Of a stretch of DNA of 64,000 nucleotides, positions 43,104 to 54,591 are shown one piece after another. The notes beneath the pieces were generated by a model that was not told the DNA's origin, made no database searches, and was given only the letters and a program-made list of their open reading frames with translations. This stretch comes from Lingula anatina. Lineage: Eukaryota > Animalia > Brachiopoda. Location: contig CM120640.1 of the NCBI GenBank assembly GCA_051362555.1, positions 70,224,788 to 70,288,787 of the forward strand, given 5' to 3'. Each line of letters opens with the position of its first letter. Positions within the stretch are counted from its first letter, which is position 1. The position numbers and the translations under genes were made by a program.

Positions 43104-46100
43104 ATGTTTACTTCGCTTGTAAGTGTTTTTTTCCCTTGTCTGATAAGAAGTTAACCTGAGCAAAATTAAGGTGTTTTTCCTAACACAACAACTTTGTTCC
43201 TAGCATTTTGAACATATAGTTTATAACTGCTTGACATAAAGGGGAGAAAATAGGATAAAGTCAAAGGCCTCGGTCCACACAGTCACAGTGTAATGAGACA
43301 CTTATGTAATGGCATCTTTTTGTAACGCGCAAAATGCAATCCGCAATTCCATGGTTCGTGTCAGATTTACGTAAAATAGCTCCAAGAAACCCCAAGGACA
43401 CATAATGACCAGTTAAACTGTTTGTAGCGATTTGGGGTGAGTGCAGAAAAATCACCGACCAGGCCAGGAATCGAACCCGGGACCCCTCGCTTACAGGGCG
43501 AGTGCTCTTACCTACTGAGCTACCCGGCCGGTTCTACCTGTCCCTGGCACTACACTCCTCCCCCCCAAATGCCAAAAGACGCGAGCCCTATCTCGCAACA
43601 CCGCTGCCACCATTGTAGCGATTTGGGGTGAGTGCAGAAAAATCACCGACCAGACCAGGAATCGAACCCGGGACCCCTCGCTTACAGGGCGAGTGCTCTT
43701 ACCTACTGAGCTACCCGGCCGGTTCTACCTGCCCCTGGCACTACATGTTTATTTGATGGCGCTTGCTATCTACATATGATATCTACATCTCAACTTCCAA
43801 ACCATCTCGTTTGGCTTGCGGCCGACCCCCTAAATCGGCAATCCTCATCTGACTCCGCAACCTCCATAGACATCTGGGTAGTTCCGAGTGCGTCCTCCTA
43901 GCTCTCCGAAACGGTCTCCCTTAATCTCCTCTCATCAAACTCCCCAATATTACTTCTGAACGTCTTATATACTTGCGATTCAATGCTTCCAAATGTTACA
44001 TTCTTCGTGTTTGCCAGAAATCTTCATTCTTTTAACAACTGGATAACACGGTACTCAAAAATGTCCAGACTAATCCATACTTAGGAGTCATGCTTTCTTC
44101 TGACCTGAAATGCCTTATGGCCAACTCACATAAACAACTTGTGTAAAAAGGCCAGTTGCTTACTAGGATTCATTAGAAGGAATCTATGCCACAGTCCAGT
44201 GATCTAACGAAGATCAGCATACATAGGTCTTGTTCGCTCCACTCTAGAATATGGTGCCATTATATGGGACCCCTACAAAAAAACAGACATTGATAAAATG
44301 GAAAAAATTCAAAGAAAGGCTGCACGGTTCATCACTGGGGATTACAAGTCTCAATCCCCTGGTAGTGTCACCTCCATGCTGAAATCACCAGATCTTCCAC
44401 TACTGCAGCACCAGAACTTTTCTTTTCAAGGTGGTTGAGGGATTGGTACCAGCGATATCTCCTGACACTTACTTCATACCAGTCTCCAACAAACGTCGCA
44501 TAAGGGCTTTGATTTTGAAAATATTGTGAATAGTTCTACAACAGTCGCTGCTTCCACTTACACACAAAATACACACCTGTCAGAAAAAACTCTCTCTTTG
44601 TCAGAACAGTTTCCGATTGGAATGAACTCAGTGATCAACAAGTAAACGCTAAAACTGTGGAAGGCTTTAGATCAGGCCTACACTGTGACTAAGGCTCTAT
44701 TCCCATAGATTTAAGATCGATCTATCCCCGCGGGGAGTCTCACTAGATTACTTTCAGATAATCCGACTTAAATGTCCGTCCCGCCTACTACAAGCTGTAA
44801 GAGGGTAATTAACTTTCGTGTCCGCCCGGCTGACAGCTATTTAGCGTGAACCCCCAGGGAGTTAGGTCGATCTAAAGTAGGTCGATCTAATCTATGGAAA
44901 TGGGGTGTAAGTTTCCCATACGCTCTTTTCTATCCGTCTATCTCATACCAGTAGTGGTCTTCTTAGACGTACTAGTATATGGACAGATACAGATACAAAT
45001 CTCTTATCTAAGGTGGATTCAATGCTGCACTATTTCACGGTGCATACTAATTTTAATTACTCAAATTGCATACATCCACTTGCGTTATATCAAAAGCACA
45101 TTGCAGTTGTGTAGCAAAGTTGCATTGTAAAGGTTCATTTGAACTAGAAACTTAATACTGGTATTCATGTTTTCTGTGATTTACAGAGCATGCTATTGCA
45201 TGGTAATTGCTCTGGTTTGTCATTTATGCTAGGTGAAAACCGTGCAGGCATGGAAAAATTTTCATTTGTGAAATTGTTAAAATGCCAGGTTTTGGCTGAT
45301 TATCCATTATTGATATAATGATGAATTTAAACAGATTTTCTCAAAATTTATCTCTGTCACCAGCTAAATACTCATTTTCAGCAGTATGAACCCATGGAGG
45401 TTAGAGACAAGGGGAAAATTGAGAAGTTTTTTTTTTGGCAATTTGAGTTTCAATCTATCACAATTGAGCACAATAGAGATTATTTATAAAGAAAAGTAAA
45501 CCCAACCACTAGAGTTATTGTTCAGACTCAAATTGAATTTTTTAAAAGTTTTAGTCTCTTGAAATATTTGAAAGTATCCCAAGACTAAAGATATATCATG
45601 GTATTATTTTTTTCCAGCTGAGAAGGGTTCTTCAACCAAAAAAGATAATTCAGACAAGCAGGAGGAACTTATTTGCCTCACAGCAATTGTTTAGTCCAAC
45701 AAAATCTGACAACTTGCCAGAGCACAGTGATGAGGTACTCCATGCCCCATTGTACATGTTCACAGAAGAAGAAACAATGATGAAGGAAACAGGTATATGC
45801 CTTCCTCTCTCTCTCTCTCTCTCTCCCTCCCTCCCTCCCTCCTTTCTTCTCTCTCTCTTTCTCACACACATCTACTGGAATATATTGTGAGTAATTCATT
45901 TTAATTGATTATTCAGTTTTTCACCACTCATTATTAACCAAATGGTTTTCATAGTCAGATGGTTGATTTTAATTTTTCAGTTGTGGATCAAGACACCTGG
46001 AATGTGATACTTGAAATATTCTGGTCAAGAGTGAATTATTCTGTTATAAGTCAGAAACAATTTTAAATTTGTTTATATTTAAATATCACTTAAAATGCTG

Positions 46101-48422
46101 GGTGCTTGCTTTGGAAAATTTATTTGTACAAATTTTTATAAAAAGCAATGTTTTGGTAAATGTTAATTGTTGTTATCATTATTTTCTATTTGAACTAGTG
46201 GCGAAGTTGGCAAAAGACAAGATTGAACCCTTGGTGAGAGAGATGGATGAAAAGTCACAAATGGACCCCTCAGTTATCAAAGCATTGTTTGAAAATGGGG
46301 TAAGACGAAGTTATTATGCAAATTAACCAGTTTCAGGAGTATATTAAATAGATCACAATATTGAATACAGTTTGCTACCTACTGTGAAGAACATATTAAC
46401 AAAATCTGAAAGTTTTCATAAATTTGTAGCTTATAATGTACATGTAGGTACTGGGGGGTTTAGACATTGTTTTTGTTTAACAGTTGGGTACTTATAAGTA
46501 CAACCATTATTTATATCATTACAAATACTTGAACAGTGGATGGTTATGAATCACTTTGGTGGGACAATTTTTTATTTTTGTGCATGTTTTTAAATTATTA
46601 TCATTGTTATTATTGTTGATGTTGTTTCTTTTTTTTTTTGTTTTAATGATTAACATTACCTGCTATGAATAGCTCATTTCAGTCAACTGAACAAAAGTAA
46701 TGAATAACTTTTTGAATCTGCCAGTTGATGGGTATTGAGATAGATGCAGAATATGGTGGCACCCATTCCACTTTCTTCTCCTCCATACTTGTGATAGAAG
46801 AACTGGCTAGGGTGGATCCCGCAGTGAGTGTGTGCTGCGATGTACAGAATACTGTTGTCAACGCACTGTTACTTAACTATGGAAACCAAGAACAGAAACA
46901 GAAATATTTGCCCAGACTGGCTACAGACATGGTGAGTTAACAATTAGTTTTTCTTTATAATTTTAAGTAATCTCAATTTCTCAATTTGTTCACTTTATTA
47001 TTTTTTTTACCTTGAATTAAATTTTGTTGATGTGGTATTTTTTTGCAACATTTATTATCGAATGAAATTCCAAGAGAATACTTTTAAATTGAAGGAATAC
47101 TATATATGTAACCAGATGAAAGCTACATTTTCTTACAGATTGGCAGCTTTTGTTTGTCTGAAGCAGAATCTGGGTCTGATGCCTTTGCCCTGAAGACGTC
47201 GGCTGTGAAAGTGGGTGAAGATTATGTGATAAATGGAAACAAAATGTGGATTACAAATGCAGAGCATGCTGGAGTCTTCTTAGTCATGGCAAATGCAAAA
47301 CCCACGGAGGTACTGGTGCTAGTATATGTAATGTTTTAGACATTTGTTTCCTTATCATAGGTGTCTTATTTAAATGAGTCATTAAGTTCTATTTCACTTA
47401 AAAAACAGTTGAATGGGGATTAATGTTCCAGGAAATTTAAAGCGAAATGTCATTAATGTAATGGAAAGTTGGATTGAGTTTTATTTAAATGATCATTCCA
47501 CTGTTCTCCTCCTCTCTCTCTTAAAGGGTTACAAGGGCATAACCTGTTTTATAGTTGACAGAGAGACTGATGGAGTGACTATTGGGAAGAAAGAAGATAA
47601 GTTAGGAATAAGAGCATCTAGTACCTGTCCTGTGCATTTTGATCATGTCAAGGTAAAGCAATGGGAATGTTCAGAATTAATAATACAGTGTTGCCTGGCA
47701 TGGCCACTGACTACAAGAAATTCTGTTTCTTGCATGTTTTCTCTACATGTATGTAGCTGTTTGTTATCTGCAGACTTTTAATACATGATAATTATATTAT
47801 ATGTTTGATAGTCTTAAAGTGAAATAATATACACATTGCAATTTGAAGTAATTGATTTTTTTAAATTTAATTATTATACTTTGGTTAACATACATCTTAT
47901 TTTTATCTTACAACATAGTCATTATTATTATTTGAGTAACAATTGCAGGTTCCAGAGAGTAATATAGTTGGCACATTTGGTCATGGATACAAATATGCAA
48001 TTTCAATGCTGAATGAGGGAAGAATAGGAATTGGTGCACAGGTAGGAGCTTGATTACCTTGATGTCTGTTTGGGTCTTAGTAATAACCTGCCCGGTAGCT
48101 AATTCATTGCACACTTCTCAGGTATTATTTGGAAATATCACAATACTGATGAGATATAAGTTTGTATTGAGGTTATAGGAACAATATTTTCCTGTGATTT
48201 ATATTAAAGATGCTGGGTCTGGCTGAGGGTTGCATTGACCATGTCATACCATACACTATGGAGAGGAAGCAGTTTGGAAGAAGCATATGGAATTATCAGG
48301 TATGGAGACGAAGTGTCACTGGATGGTTGAATTCACCAGTTCTGAGAGAAATCTGGCAGGATAAATATGGATGAAGAGCATGCATTAAAACTAGAATTTA
48401 AGCTCAATTACATCATCATCAT

Positions 48423-48477
<55 letters not shown>

Positions 48478-49934
48478 GTGTCTGTATTTGTAGCATTTGT
48501 CACTGCCAAATGTGGAAAATATAATAGCTTGAATTAAGTATGGCAGTCATTATATGATGGAAACATTCATTCACCAAAGTTGTTTTATACGTAATTTCTT
48601 GAAGATTTACAAATGCAAGATAAAAATACTTTGAATATTAGTAACATAGAATCAAACTAGTGGTTAATTAATATTTATGGTACGTTTTCACTGGGTTATA
48701 GGCCATGCAGCACCAGATAGCAGAAGTCCAGACAAAGATTGAGGCGGCAAAACTTCTCATTTATAATGCTGCACGGCTCAAGGAAGCTGGGATGCCTTTT
48801 GTGAAGGAAGCGTCAATGGCTAAATATTTTGCCAGTGAGGTAGAGTAACAGAGCAGTAGTATTTTAAAAACGTCTTTGCATCAAGGTTTACCAGTATTAC
48901 AGTGGAAAGCATGCTCATATCAACTTGATTGGTTTAGTTGATGTAGTCTGCATATGCACAGTAGATTCTGTAACTGGCAGATTCATTGCCAACGTGTTTG
49001 TTTGTTTATACCCAGTACCTGTATTTTTCTTTTATTTGTTGTTTTTATTTGACCTCCTATGTCTTGTCATGATACAGATTTTTTTTATATATCTGGAGTT
49101 ATTTTCTCATGCATAATTGGGAACTTCTAATTGGAGTAACTGGTGCCACTCAAATATTTATCAATCACACAGGACATTCTGAAACTTCCACTCAAATAAA
49201 CACCACAGGAAGGTGCCCAACAACTTTTTTTTATTCACTACCGCACACGTGTACATGTATCTCCACCACCAACATGAAGTCCCCACTATCCTTCCAACAT
49301 CTCCCACCAGAGGGACGACACAATCCTGTGTCACCTCCACTGCAATCAAGATAGCCCCAATTGTAATACCTAACAATATTTATCTTAAACCCATTCTCTA
49401 CCGTTATTTTCTTCTCCTCTACCAGGTTGCTTCTGTGACCACCTCCAAGTGTATTGAGTGGATGGGGGGTGTGGGATTCACCAAGGACTACCCCGTGGAG
49501 AAATACTACAGAGACTGTAAAATTGGTAAGAACAAGTTGAAGAACAATATCAATGGATTGTATTGTCACATTTGTACCTGTACTGTCTTACTGTCTGTAT
49601 TACTGTATGCTTTTAATAGGACAGGAGAACATTATTATCATGTTGCAACTTAGCAAGCACATGCACTTTTTATTTGATGTAATTATTTGTCTATAAATGA
49701 AATATATATAAATAAAATATATTTTAATATACACCTGTCTCTTTAAAATGTATATTAAAAGAAGTCATAAAGAAAAAGGCTTTTTGTGTAACCTTGGTAT
49801 CACCAACTAGCTGCTTTAGAGTGACAAGTTACTCACATTTTTCCAAAATATTTCTAGGGACAATATATGAAGGTACTACCAACATCCAGTTGAATACCAT
49901 TGCCAAGTGTATTGCACAGGAGAGACAGGGATAA
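43104..49934 (+). CDS. ACADSB: Mitochondrial short/branched-chain acyl-CoA dehydrogenase, ~430 aa, 11 exons
   Basis: Exons: 43104-43118 (MFTSL), 45618-45792, 46199-46299, 46725-46931, 47139-47309, 47527-47652, 47949-48041, 48210-48299, 48702-48839, 49426-49525, 49858-49934. Sum 1293 nt. Motifs [115 protein letters not shown]. Basic N-terminal transit peptide. Exon 1 is the least certain. Confidence 0.93.
43456..43529 (-). tRNA. tRNA-Thr(TGT)-like sequence inside the 3' LTR of the TRIM (probably not a functional tRNA gene)
   Basis: GGCCGGG TAGCTCAGTAGGTAAGAGC A CTCGC-CCTGTAA-GCGAG GGGTC CCGGG-TTCGATT-CCTGG CCTGGTC G folds into a cloverleaf with A and B boxes. It has C instead of the invariant U33 and is followed by TTTTT. 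Confidence 0.6.
43647..43720 (-). tRNA. tRNA-Thr(TGT)-like sequence inside the 5' LTR of the TRIM
   Basis: Same cloverleaf as 43456-43529 with one substitution in the acceptor stem. Confidence 0.6.
43800..44690 (+). mobile_element. Decayed, truncated CR1-group (CR1/L2/Crack-like) LINE ORF2 3' end
   Basis: Frameshifted fragments [69 protein letters not shown] and [14 protein letters not shown] are typical of the post-RT C-terminus of this LINE group. The 5' boundary is approximate. Confidence 0.82.
44693..44907 (+). mobile_element. 215-bp PIF/Harbinger-like MITE, copy 1
   Basis: TAA TSD, imperfect TIR (...ATTCCCATAGATT / AATCTATGGAAAT...). Near-identical to 61469-61683. Confidence 0.85.
48427..48475. 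repeat. (CT)n microsatellite
   Basis: About 24 CT units. Shorter (CT)n tracts at ~45805 and ~54558, and (TA)n at ~50784. Confidence 0.95.
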
Positions 49935-50779
49935 CGCTTAGAAAGGGTCCCTTCTGACCCAACAGTAGCACAGTCAAGGAGGTGGAATCTCAGACTTTTT
50001 TCTCATTAATATGTATCAATTTTGAAAACATTCTTGGACCGCTTAATAAATTGGAGTGATGTGAGACAATCTCTTCATCATGATATGTGCTTATTGGTTT
50101 TCACCTATGGAGATAAGCAGGCTCAAATTACAATCAAAGACTATTTACACCACTTCATTACACACTCACACACCACACACCCCCACATACATGATGTTGA
50201 GTAGTTAGAGAATGATAGCTTACACCTTACTGGTCATTGCCACGTGTACAGAAATGTGACAATGGGTAATATTGGTGACAATATCCTCGTTGAAAGTAAT
50301 CTTGTACAGTGGTACATGTATTTTCATTTCTCGTTTCTGGGTAAGTGCTTACCAGTACTATTGTTATGATACTAAAGAACATAGGTGATAAATTTAGCAT
50401 TATGGTAATAGTGATGAACAGAGATGACAGGATACAGAAAAAAATAGAATATTTATAAAAAGGTTGCTGACATGTAAAAAAAAATTGATTGAGGTTTATG
50501 AGTATTTTGGTTGGTGCCAAAATAGAAAGGTTATGAGTCAGAACAAATAAACTGTTTATAGCATTCATAACCCTGGGAGTGGTGGTGGTGAACCGTATTT
50601 TGGAAATTAGTACGGTAACTTTAGGCTATTGTACAAGGGCTTTTCACGCTTTTTTAGCCTCACACAGAAAGAGCAAGATTTATGCCCCCCTTTTTTTTTC
50701 AATTTAGACCTCTTCCATCTAACACTTGTTTTGTATAGTATGCCAGTCCCTGATACCCTATCTATAGACCTCAACATCT

Positions 50780-50816
<37 letters not shown>

Positions 50817-52605
50817 GTAGACCCTAGTAGGTCCACAAATGTGGCTGATGTAGTACGACTTAGTAGTATGACTGGTATCAATAGGTCAATTCATAAAATT
50901 AGATTGTATTCCTTTTAATTACAGTTAAGTAAAAATGCCCTGCCTAAGCGTGAAGTAACGTGCGTTACGTTCGGTGAGAATCGCATCGCTTAGTTGAACG
51001 TGACGGGCGTTAAATAACCTGTCACGAGATGGTGCTTTTCTGACAATAAACATTTGATTTTCATCATGCTAGTCAGACAATGATGCGTGAGACTTAAGAT
51101 ATTACCCCAGTCGGCATGAACGAGTTGGTGTCGCATACACATAACTGAAACCACTGTACAGGCGCTACCGCCAACACTTGTACCTCATCTTTCATTAGTA
51201 CCTGTACTTTGTGACTCCACACCCAGGTTATGTCTTAAATCTGTTAATAACATATACTTATTACCATGATACATCTGGAGGTGTGTTGAATGAAAAGGTG
51301 TTTCATTATTTGTTTATTTATTTAGCCCATTGTGCTGAATTTCTAAGCTATTTAAGACAGCAATGATATTGAGGAGAGAACTGAAGAGTGAGAGAAAAAG
51401 GTGAGAAGGAGAAATAAAGGACCTAGAAAACGGCCCAGATAAAACGACTTCTGTTGTTATATTCCCATGCTTCAGTGGCAAGCAGTTTCACATAAAACCT
51501 GTGCGGAAAATAATAATTTCTACAACCTGCAATAATTCAGAGAGCAGTCACATCACCACTTTTGAACATTACCGTGCCATTAGCGGACATACATTGCTCC
51601 TTGTATACATTGCAAATAGACTAAAACAACGACCTAGCTACTGCGTTGAATTGAATAACGGGTATTTATGCAACTTAGATTTACTGTACCTACCATACTA
51701 TTTTACCACTTAGAAGCTATTTACACAAAAAATGATACCTTTGTAGATCACACGAGTATATGGTAACGCTACGTCTAGAATTTCAGCGTTTTACTGGCAA
51801 CATCTTATGACCGTTGAAAATAACACGCTCGAATGATGTCTTTTTCCCCCAACTAGTATTAATTCTCAGATTCGTTGAAATATTCATGGACTGGCACCCT
51901 GCCATATTTGTATCTCACCAGTGTAGAAAAAAAGCACACCTTATACTTCTATATTTACTATAGTAACTGTGTAATTATTCTGCTGCGCCCACCGTTCTAG
52001 TTATTCTTAAAAAGGATAAAAGGTATAACTGAAAATAAAGTAGGAAACGTCTAAAAAGCCATAAGTCTATTCCGGTTCTTGACCAGTAAACTGTGTCCTA
52101 ATTAAAATGTCTACTTTGGGATTTTGCTTTGAGACCCACTATAAATGTACATAAATGACGTAATATAAACGAGGTATTGTCACCACCGAGGGTTAAAATC
52201 ATTCCACAGAGAACTTAAAATGTACCCTAAGAATTTAGTTTAAAGGCCGAACAGGCATGATACTACTACTACTACTACTACTAAAATAATTTTAATCTAA
52301 GCTAATAAGTGGATATTTTATTTAAAATATTTTATTGTAAAAAGCGACCGATAAATGAGTCCGAATATTGTTTATCTTTCGTTAAACTTTTTATTTCAAT
52401 CGCAATATTTTGCAATCACGCCCACACATGTCCCCCGGACTCTATTTTGGCACTGAGAGGCTATGTTCAGGTCCTACACCTGTGAATAACCATCATGATG
52501 TAGAGCAGGTGAAGGACCTGAAAAGAGCCTCTCGGTGCCAAAATAGAGCCCGGGTGACGAAATTCTTCTGAGGATCTGAGTAGAGCCGTAAAGTTCTACG
52601 TCTGC

Positions 52606-54033
52606 TCAGTCTGGGGTGCTCTCAGCGCCCCCTAGGTCCATGTTACATCGCAAGTACCTGCACTCCTTTAGCGCAGTTAACTTTGTGTCGTCACCAGGAG
52701 GAGAGGTCTTTGTAAAATGTTTATTGTGTTTTTCTTGCAAGGACTGTCTATATAAGGGAGGGAGAAACTCGTGTTTATCTGTCGATATATTTTGGTCGTT
52801 TATAAAGGAATTGTTGGGCTTCAGATTGGACCTCTCAACCGTTTTTTCTCTCAGTCTCTGTAATCTGTCCTCTATGGCCCTCGCTCGTCCCTCTAAGGTA
52901 ATCTGCGCCAATCTCTCAGCGGTGTTGCCCTCTTCACAGCTCTGTCTGCGGCCATAGGATGCCCCTGGTTGCCTTATCCATACAACTGACCGGCTTTCTT
53001 GCACCGGGGTAAACACCATGCCCGGCATTTGCTGTGATTCTGGAGAAAAACCGCTGCCCGGAGGCGTCACTGAACGTTGATTGAATACCACCCCCTTGGT
53101 CCTGGTCGTCGTGGGGTTTGTGTAGGCCCGCCCTCTGCTAACGGGGGGACCGAAAGCGTGATCAGCATCGTTTTCTGTCCATTTCCTGTTGTTTTGCTTT
53201 TTCTTTAACACTGCACCTTCAGTTGGATTCTGTTTATTCTCGTGGTCATTGTGTATGTGGTGACTTCTTGGACGACTTTGGCTGGGTTCAGAAGCAGATT
53301 TATCGTTATCTAAAGGCGAGATATATCTTTCTGTCCCTGGTGAAAAGGTAGTTTTCCTTGATGCCTTTCCCATTTCCAGTTTGTCTGTGGTTTCTATTTT
53401 TACTTGTCTACCTCTCTCGGGTATTCTGTCATTCATTGCTGTCCGGTTCTGAGAGGTGGTATCCTTGATAGTGTGAGATCGCTCAATATTTCGACGCGAC
53501 AGCAAACGCGCCCGCGCGGCTTGCATCAATTCCGGCGAGGTGTGCGACCTGTGACGTGTGTAGTCCATGTCCGAGCCATCATGACTTCGTAAAGAACTGG
53601 AATGCTTTGCTACCATAGGCGAGAGCGGCACATTCAGAATTTGCTGGGTCTGTAACCTGTATAGCTTTGGCCTAGTGGAAATGGTTGATGGGGTTTCTGT
53701 GCTTGGTTCGAAGTTCGTTGATTTTCTTTCTCTGTCCTCTACATCAGAATCCATACTGTTTTGTCTGCCGGAGAAACTGATGCACCTCTTTCGTTCATAT
53801 TTTTCCAACTTTTTCACATATTCCTCCTGACTCCTCATCTGAATTTTCATCTCGCGATCGTGTCTCTTTTGCATGGTCTTTTCCTGCTTGTCTAGGACGA
53901 CTTGCTCACGAGTGTTCAAAACTTGAAACATTTTCCTCCCGGCGTTCCTGTTCTGCACGGGATCGGAGCAAAATCGGGGCCCTCTAGCGGCCATATGGCC
54001 CATGTTCGTGTCACTTTGAGTGTTGTCTTCCAT
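52606..54033 (-). CDS. Uncharacterised intronless 475-aa hydrophilic protein (N-terminal coiled coil, disordered middle, C-terminal LKECRYLR motif)
   Basis: 1428-bp uninterrupted ORF, GC-richer than its flanks, ATG in AAGATGG context. No family recognised with confidence. Confidence 0.8.
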   Translation of the reverse strand: MEDNTQSDTNMGHMAARGPRFCSDPVQNRNAGRKMFQVLNTREQVVLDKQEKTMQKRHDREMKIQMRSQEEYVKKLEKYERKRCISFSGRQNSMDSDVEDRERKSTNFEPSTETPSTISTRPKLYRLQTQQILNVPLSPMVAKHSSSLRSHDGSDMDYTRHRSHTSPELMQAARARLLSRRNIERSHTIKDTTSQNRTAMNDRIPERGRQVKIETTDKLEMGKASRKTTFSPGTERYISPLDNDKSASEPSQSRPRSHHIHNDHENKQNPTEGAVLKKKQNNRKWTENDADHAFGPPVSRGRAYTNPTTTRTKGVVFNQRSVTPPGSGFSPESQQMPGMVFTPVQESRSVVWIRQPGASYGRRQSCEEGNTAERLAQITLEGRARAIEDRLQRLREKTVERSNLKPNNSFINDQNISTDKHEFLPPLYRQSLQEKHNKHFTKTSPPGDDTKLTALKECRYLRCNMDLGGAESTPD

Positions 54034-54555
54034 CTTTTTTAAACAACGATGCTTTAGTAGAAACGTTTATCACTAGACACTTTTATCCACAATATTATCT
54101 TTTTCAACCTCGTTTGAATGGTAGAAGAACAAGACTGAAGCGGATGTCCCTTTGTTTGTTCGGTGACTGTACTGGAAAGTAACAGAACAGTTTTGTTTAG
54201 TACATCAGCTCGTTCGGCAAAGAAAACATTTCACTAAAAAACTGGCAAGTTTTGTTACTGTGCCGAGTGTGTGTATATACATACAAGTGACTTTATTTCT
54301 GTGGCTGCCGGTTGCCAGATACAGCATAACGGAGAAGGTTTACATAGAGCCACAAGTCAGGGAGAGTCAACAAAGTTTTTTTTTCAACGTGATAAAAATA
54401 ATCGCAGTAAGATTAATGTAACGTGATTAAATGAGCGAAAAAAAAAACTGACGATGAAACAAAACTCACGTAACTATTTTTACATAATTATAAATAAATA
54501 TGTAATTTTGGTGTTTTAATTAAAACTGGATCAAATGTATACCCACTTTAGAATT

Positions 54556-54591
<36 letters not shown>

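Larger units (their letters stand above)
43423..43745 (-). mobile_element. TRIM (miniature non-autonomous LTR retrotransposon) with tRNA-containing LTRs, Helenus-like
   Basis: Two 132-bp direct repeats (43423-43554, 43614-43745; 2 mismatches) with TGTAG...CTACA ends. The 59-bp interior has PBS TGGTGGCAGCGGTG (43599-43612, minus) and PPT GGGGGGGAGGAG (43555-43566, minus). TSD TGTT at 43419-43422 and 43746-43749. Confidence 0.92.

Noticed and set aside
43456-43720. Tandem pair of genuine tRNA-Thr genes or a tRNA-SINE dimer
   Set aside because: The repeats have TG...CA ends, a PBS, a PPT and a 4-bp TSD, lack a SINE tail, and have C at position 33. An LTR element explains them better.
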